A DNA stretch of 13,088 bases from Oligoflexia bacterium. GTDB taxonomy: Bacteria; Bdellovibrionota; UBA1018. The notes under the pieces were generated by a model. That model was not told where the DNA came from, ran no database searches, and was given only the letters and a program-made list of their open reading frames with translations. Positions 8,134-13,088 of the stretch are shown one piece after another. How positions within the stretch are numbered: the stretch's first letter is position 1; each line of letters starts with the position of its first letter. Both the position numbers and the translations under genes were made by a program. The stretch is taken from assembly GCA_043732485.1 (NCBI GenBank), contig JAYTHP010000121.1, forward strand, positions 1 through 13,088, in the 5' to 3' direction.

Positions 8134-8610
8134 CTAGCGCTCTTTGGCGGGCACAAAAGAGCGTGCGGGGAAGAGTTGCTTTTTCTCTTGTAAAAACAGG
8201 ACGATCCGCTCTTGCACTCTCCCACTCGGCTGGTCCTGACTCAACATGCACAAAAGTGTATCATCGCCTGCAAGGGTTGCAAGCAGCCCTTCCAGATGGG
8301 CCTGATCGAGCCTGGCTGCAAGCGATTGGGCGTGACCGGGAAGCATTTTTAAAACAAGAAAGTGAGGCGACAAAGGGATGAGTTGAATCTCTCCCACCCA
8401 CAAAGTACTGCTTAGGATGTTTTGCTCCGGCTGATCCTTGCAGTAAGCTCCGTTAACCTTGCCAATTTTTAAGCGCCTGAGCGTCCTTGAAAGATTCGAC
8501 TGGTCGGTCACCAGTCCTTTGACGGCAAGCTGCTTGAGGAGTTGCGCCTGGCTTTTTATTTTTTTTGTTTCAAGAATTTCTAAGATGAGAGGTTCAATAT
8601 TTTTTTTCAT
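8134..8610 (-). CDS. argR: Arginine repressor ArgR/AhrC family transcriptional regulator
   Basis: N-terminal winged HTH (ILEILETKKIKSQAQLLKQLAVKGLVTDQSNLSRTLRRL; canonical form is TQATVSRD). C-terminal Arg-binding/hexamerisation motifs VLKMLPGHAQSLA and LATLAGDDT are present. The start is more likely ATG 8610 (MKKNIE) than 8631. Confidence 0.93.
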   Translation of the reverse strand: MKKNIEPLILEILETKKIKSQAQLLKQLAVKGLVTDQSNLSRTLRRLKIGKVNGAYCKDQPEQNILSSTLWVGEIQLIPLSPHFLVLKMLPGHAQSLAARLDQAHLEGLLATLAGDDTLLCMLSQDQPSGRVQERIVLFLQEKKQLFPARSFVPAKER

Positions 8611-8723
8611 ATCAAGCGGGCAAAAAAACATGCGTTCTCTGCAGGATTTTTTGGGTGATTTTTTAAAAAAATTGCGCGAGGCACTCAGACTAGCTTGCGC
8701 CCGCTGCGTTCAGGGCCCCCGGC

Positions 8724-9257
8724 CTACGCCAATTTTAAGCTTCTCAGCATCCAGGCGGTTTTCTCATGATAACCCAGTCTGCGAGCCAAAAGGTCCGCAG
8801 TTGCATGATCACAGGCGGCTTCTACCGCAGGGTAAAGTGCCCGAATCGCAAGAATTACCACGGACTGGCCTTTTAACAAGTAACCTACCATCTCCTCAGC
8901 GGACAAGACCCCTTCCACTTCTTTCAGCGTCGCCTGGCTTGAGAAAGACTGAAAGGTGGCAGGCACAAAATAACCCACCGCCCTGATCCGCTCAGCAATC
9001 TCATCTACACTCGCTGCAAGCTCCTGATACTGACTCTCAAACATTAAATGCAAGGATCTAAAATGCACCCCCGTCACATTCCAGTGAAAATTTTGGGTTT
9101 GCAAATACAAGGTGTAAGTGTCAGCCAGAAGAGTCTCCAAACCATCGGCAATTTTTCTTCGCTGATTGCCGTTCATCCCGAAAAAACCATCCAGGCTTTT
9201 TCCCGCAAGGGCGGAGGAGGTTTTGCGGAGCGAGGCAGGCGAGTTATTTTTCTTCAT
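8724..9257 (-). CDS. dps: Dps, DNA starvation/stationary-phase protection protein (ferritin-like)
   Basis: LYLQTQNFHWNVTG, FRSLHLMFE, VDEIAERIRAVG and HEKTAWML motifs, with intact ferroxidase ligands (H, H, D, E). The start is probably ATG 9257 after a purine-rich tract; the alternative is 9314. Confidence 0.95.
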   Translation of the reverse strand: MKKNNSPASLRKTSSALAGKSLDGFFGMNGNQRRKIADGLETLLADTYTLYLQTQNFHWNVTGVHFRSLHLMFESQYQELAASVDEIAERIRAVGYFVPATFQSFSSQATLKEVEGVLSAEEMVGYLLKGQSVVILAIRALYPAVEAACDHATADLLARRLGYHEKTAWMLRSLKLA

Positions 9258-9652
9258 TTTTTTTCTCTTTTCTTGACTTGAGTGAGGGGGACACGAGTGT
9301 TGCAGAACTTTCATTTTAACAAACTTGCTTTTTTTAGTGCTGGTTTCTCAAACCACCAGGGGATGCAATCTAGAAAGGGTGGCACGCCCTGCTAAGTCGG
9401 CAGGCAGTTTGTTTTTGATACTTGCTCCCTTACACCCTTATCGACAAATCAGCCTCTCGTCAACTCAAGGCCCCGGTTTTTCGATCCACAGCTGCCTGGA
9501 CGCCGGGCTGGCAGGAAAAGTTTTCTGCATCAAGCACGCTTCCTTGATTGTCTTTTTTGCCCTTTTTCGCCTAAAACTGTCTGAGCGCAACGCCTCACCG
9601 CTTCCCTCCCCCTTTGCGCTCCACCCCAAGAAAGGTCCGGTGCATCCCCGTG

Positions 9653-10468
9653 ATGTCTTTGACACCCAAAACTCCCCACCCCTTACAAACCGATTTGTGC
9701 CTCAGCTACCGTGAGGTCGCACCCAACCGTGCTGACGTCACGACGGCTGCGCCGGTGCTGATTGTTTTACACGGTAAATACTCGCACGAACTAGACTTTT
9801 ACGATTGCCATCCTCAGCTGCCACCTTACTTCCGAACGCTCTTTGTGCGGGCGCCGCTGACCCTACAGGCGGCAAGCGAGCACAGCCCTGGGGCCTTTTA
9901 TTGGTTTTCAAGCCCACCGTTTTCAAGTGACTCACGCGCCCAGCCGCGAACCCAGTATTTTTACGGCTTTGATGAGGCGCAAGCAGCCTGCGCGCGGCTG
10001 TTGACGTTTCTCCAGCAAGTGCAAGCCAAATACCCGGTGGTAGGGTCCCATCACCCTAAGCTCGTGCTCCTGGGCTTTAGTCAAGGCGCTATGCTGACGC
10101 TAGCACTGACTCGCGCTACCTCAGGCTTCCTTGCCGCAAGCGTTGCACTCAGTGGCTGTCTGCTCCCAGAACTGAAGCTGGCCTCCCCACAGGCCCCCCC
10201 CCTGCCACCGCCTCTTAACGAAGTAAATACACCCTCGTCTGCGAGCAGCACGACTCCTCCTTTATTACTGCACCACGGCGCCAAAGACCAGGTCTTACCC
10301 TTGGCTTTTTTCCAAGAAACCCAAGCCGCCTTAAAAAAACTGCGAATCGCTTTTCAAAGTCAGACCTATCCAGAACTGGCGCATGACGTCTCCGAGCAAA
10401 GTTTTGCAGACGTCTGTGAGTGGCTACGCCTACAAGTGCCGCCGCAAGCCGACACCACTGAGTCTTAG
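9653..10468 (+). CDS. Alpha/beta hydrolase, phospholipase/carboxylesterase (YpfH/Abhydrolase_2-like)
   Basis: VLIVLHG oxyanion region, nucleophile elbow GFSQG, acid motif HHGAKDQV and catalytic His in LAHDVS. ATG 9653 is preferred over TTG 9614. Confidence 0.9.
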   Translation: MSLTPKTPHPLQTDLCLSYREVAPNRADVTTAAPVLIVLHGKYSHELDFYDCHPQLPPYFRTLFVRAPLTLQAASEHSPGAFYWFSSPPFSSDSRAQPRTQYFYGFDEAQAACARLLTFLQQVQAKYPVVGSHHPKLVLLGFSQGAMLTLALTRATSGFLAASVALSGCLLPELKLASPQAPPLPPPLNEVNTPSSASSTTPPLLLHHGAKDQVLPLAFFQETQAALKKLRIAFQSQTYPELAHDVSEQSFADVCEWLRLQVPPQADTTES

Positions 10469-10533
10469 GCCTCGCCGCTCAACGCTCACCCAACCCCCCC
10501 CCTCGCTTAGAACCTTTAGCCCAGGCATCTCCT

Positions 10534-13088
10534 CTAAGAGACCTCCTCAGGCATGACAAAACGCCGCATGTCTTTGAGAAGCAAGGAGACCAGTTGCCCT
10601 CTTTTCTGCAACTGACCCCTGACCGCAAACACCCGTCCTGGCTCCAGACCGTAGGGCAACTCTCGCTGTAACCTTTCAAAAAAATCTACAGGAATAATAC
10701 CATCGACACTCCCCCACTCATCCTCAAAGGTCAAAAAAGTCACTCCTTTGGCAGTCGGTGGTCGTTGCTTGATCTTTAAAATGCCCAAGAAATCGACCTC
10801 GGTCCCTGAGCGCAAGGTTTTTAGCGACTGACTGGAGTGATAGAGAGCGTCAGGAGGTAGCATCGGTCGCAGGGCACTCATGACATTTCCTTTCACCGAA
10901 TAGCCAAAGGCTCGCTCCTCGGCTCGCACCTCTGCCAGTCGACTCATCGGCGCAAAGGTCTGGAGGCGAGCCAAACCAGTACCAGCCGGAGGAGAGTTAG
11001 ACGCGCTTTGCTGGGTTTGCGGTCGTCCGGGGTGCGCTCCCTGCTGCTGCTGCGGGTGCTGGTGTTGTCGTTGCCTGAGACCTTCAAAGCTCAGTTGCTC
11101 CCAGCTGGGATGAATTACCCCTTGCAAGGTTTGCCGATAGGCCAGCGCCTGCCAAAGGGTATGGCGCTGATCGTGACCAAAACAGGCAAACACGTCGCCA
11201 AGAATCAAGCGCTCTAGGACGTCTTGGGAAAAGCGCGTACGTCGCATGAAATCATAGAAATCAGTAAAGCGCGCCCGCTGTCGCTCAAACTCCAACACCC
11301 GAAAGCAGTGCTGTAGGACTTTTTGCGAACTGCTCTCCGCCTGCTGCTGCTCTCCAGCCCTTGCAGCTTCGCCACCACCAACGCCACCGCCGCGCTCGTT
11401 GGGTGAAAAACGGCCAGCTGAGCTGCTCTGGGGCAATGCAAGCGTAGTCTGATTTTGCTCCCCGCAGACGTCTTGCCGTCTGATCTTGCGGACGTTCCGG
11501 AAACCCATCCTGACGACGCCTGGCGCTTCCAAAGTGGCATCCCAGCTAGAAGCATGAGGATCAATCGCTCGCACCTCAACGCCTTGGCGCTGCGCCCCGT
11601 GAATGAGGGTATCGATAGAATAGAACCCCATGGGCTGGGAATTAATCAAGGCGATCAGGAATTCTGCGGGGTGATGGCACTTGAGGTAGGCTGAGGCATA
11701 AGCAATTTTTGCAAACGAGGCAGCATGTGACTCGGGGAAGCCGTAATGGGCATAGCCCTTAAAGTAACCAAAGAGCTCGGAGGCCCACTCCGCCGACAAA
11801 CCACTGTTGATTAAACCTTGATAAAGTTTTTCCCCCATCAACAGCATTTTTTCAGGAGAGCGGGTGTCGGCAATCAGCCGCCGCAACTGGTCAGCCTCCC
11901 CCGGAGAAAACCCTGCTTGTACCATGGCCACCTTCATCATCTGCTCCTGAAAAATCGGGATTCCATAGGTACGCCCGAGAATCGGCTCCAACTGGGGATG
12001 GGGACTAACATAGGGTTGTCCGCGCCTGGCGGCTTCGCGGCGCTGCAAGTAAGGCTTGATCATGTCGCCTGCTGAGGGACCTGGCCTGACAATGGCGACT
12101 TGCACGACGAGATCGTAAAAGGTGCGAGGCAGCGTGCGCGGGAGGATAGCGCGCTGGGCACGGGATTCGATTTGAAAGCAGCCTTCGGTTTCGGCGCGGC
12201 AAATCATGTCGTAGGTGGCGACATCCTCCGAAGGTAACTCAGCCCACTTTATCCCGAGCAGGTCCAAGCAACGATGCAAGGCGGTTAAAAACCCCAGGGA
12301 GAGAAGATCAAGCTTCAGCAAGCCTACTATCTCTAAGTCATTTTTATCCCACTGCACAATGGTCCGACGCGCCATCCGGGCCGGCTCCACCGGCACCGTT
12401 TCGGTGATCGGGGCGTGCGAGAGGGTAAAACCACCGGAGTGAATCGAAAGATGCCGCGGCACGCCGTGTAATTGCCCGGCAAGCCGCTCAATCAGCGGGC
12501 GATGATGGTTGGCCTTGGCCGGAAAATCGCGAGACAATCGGTCCGCAGACAACACCCCGACTGGCACCCCAAAGGCCTGACTTAACTCTAAAAAAGCACT
12601 GCGACTGCGGTAGGTACGCACCGCTGCCACCATTGCTGCGCGGTCACGCCCGTAACGCTCGTAAACGTATTGAATCACCTCCTCGCGTCGCTCGTGCTCA
12701 AAATCTACATCAATATCAGGCGGCTCGTCGCGCTCACGACTCATAAAGCGCTCAAACAGTAGATTCATCTCCAGCGGATCAATCACCGTGATCCCTAAAC
12801 AGTAACAAGTGATCGAATTAGCAGCCGATCCTCGACCCTGGCAAAGAATCCCGCGCTGTTTTGCAAAGTTAACGATATCAAAAATGGTGAGAAAATAACT
12901 GGCATAGTTCTTCTCGGCAATCAGCTCCAGCTCCTTGCGAATCAGGGCTGCCACGTCCGGATGAATCACGCCACGGTAAATTTGGTGGGCGCCTAACATG
13001 ACTTGCTCAGCCAAGTAACTTTGCTGGGTGTGGCCTGCCGGAATCAACTCGCTCGGGTACTGATAGCTCAGTTGCGACAGCGAAAAGA
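10534..13088 (-). CDS. dnaE2: Error-prone DNA polymerase DnaE2/ImuC, 5'-partial (continues beyond the window; PHP domain outside)
   Basis: DnaE2-type GRGSAANS, catalytic PPDIDVDFEHERREEV, HLSIHSGGF, QWDKND..GLLKLDLL, FQIESRAQ, YGFPESHAASFA, NSQPMGFY, and OB-fold QRPPTAKGVTFLTFEDE. The frame stays open upstream of TTG 13047 to the edge (FSLSQLSYQYPSEL, a conserved DnaE2 segment), so 13047 is not the true start. Confidence 0.95.
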   Translation of the reverse strand, partial: FSLSQLSYQYPSELIPAGHTQQSYLAEQVMLGAHQIYRGVIHPDVAALIRKELELIAEKNYASYFLTIFDIVNFAKQRGILCQGRGSAANSITCYCLGITVIDPLEMNLLFERFMSRERDEPPDIDVDFEHERREEVIQYVYERYGRDRAAMVAAVRTYRSRSAFLELSQAFGVPVGVLSADRLSRDFPAKANHHRPLIERLAGQLHGVPRHLSIHSGGFTLSHAPITETVPVEPARMARRTIVQWDKNDLEIVGLLKLDLLSLGFLTALHRCLDLLGIKWAELPSEDVATYDMICRAETEGCFQIESRAQRAILPRTLPRTFYDLVVQVAIVRPGPSAGDMIKPYLQRREAARRGQPYVSPHPQLEPILGRTYGIPIFQEQMMKVAMVQAGFSPGEADQLRRLIADTRSPEKMLLMGEKLYQGLINSGLSAEWASELFGYFKGYAHYGFPESHAASFAKIAYASAYLKCHHPAEFLIALINSQPMGFYSIDTLIHGAQRQGVEVRAIDPHASSWDATLEAPGVVRMGFRNVRKIRRQDVCGEQNQTTLALPQSSSAGRFSPNERGGGVGGGEAARAGEQQQAESSSQKVLQHCFRVLEFERQRARFTDFYDFMRRTRFSQDVLERLILGDVFACFGHDQRHTLWQALAYRQTLQGVIHPSWEQLSFEGLRQRQHQHPQQQQGAHPGRPQTQQSASNSPPAGTGLARLQTFAPMSRLAEVRAEERAFGYSVKGNVMSALRPMLPPDALYHSSQSLKTLRSGTEVDFLGILKIKQRPPTAKGVTFLTFEDEWGSVDGIIPVDFFERLQRELPYGLEPGRVFAVRGQLQKRGQLVSLLLKDMRRFVMPEEVS

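Noticed and set aside
1277..8610. ArgR plus aminopeptidase as Xer/cer recombination accessory factors
   Set aside because: The cer system uses PepA (M17 family), not PepN (M1). No recombinase or cer/dif-like site is seen, and the genes are not adjacent.
8611..8723. ARG box upstream of argR (TGCGTTCTCTGCA near 8631)
   Set aside because: Spacing and sequence deviate from the TGAAT-N4-ATTCA consensus, and there is no tandem second box.
9325..9714. 129-aa ORF or structured RNA in the dps-esterase divergent intergenic region (short hairpins at 9377-9389, 9388-9404 and ~9493-9514)
   Set aside because: The ORF starts with TTG, has no motifs and overlaps the esterase start. The hairpins are short and resemble no RNA family I recognise.
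1630..12442. Numerous 60-177-aa ORFs antisense to or out of frame within pepN, dbpA, the hypothetical gene, argR, dps, the esterase and dnaE2
   Set aside because: They overlap well-supported genes and lack motifs, as expected for shadow ORFs.
13045..13047. TTG at 13047 as the dnaE2 start codon
   Set aside because: The frame remains open with conserved DnaE2 sequence to the window edge, and the N-terminal PHP domain is missing, so the gene is truncated by the window.

Overview
Bacterial chromosomal segment. The gene set and sequence style suggest a Bdellovibrionota/deltaproteobacterial-like lineage, but this is low-confidence inference. Six recognisable genes are present: M1 aminopeptidase N (-), the DEAD-box helicase DbpA (+), arginine repressor ArgR (-), Dps (-), a phospholipase/carboxylesterase-type alpha/beta hydrolase (+), and the 3' part of the error-prone polymerase DnaE2 (-, running off the right edge). 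There is also a ~649-aa hypothetical protein. Less obvious observations: (1) a decayed leucine-rich-repeat-like pseudogene over ~133-1230, missed by the ORF track; (2) the hypothetical protein has a signal-peptide-like N-terminus and an ordered motif series reminiscent of an EarP-like GT-B glycosyltransferase with eroded catalytic motifs; (3) low-complexity in-frame insertions in four unrelated housekeeping proteins; (4) a DnaE2 with a QLSF clamp-motif-like peptide and no C-terminal SRDF tail; (5) a structured leader, terminator-like hairpin and 11-bp-period repeats upstream of dbpA; (6) a perfect 20-bp palindrome after pepN. I saw no CRISPR array, tRNA, rRNA or transposase, and no evidence that these genes form a single coherent new system.
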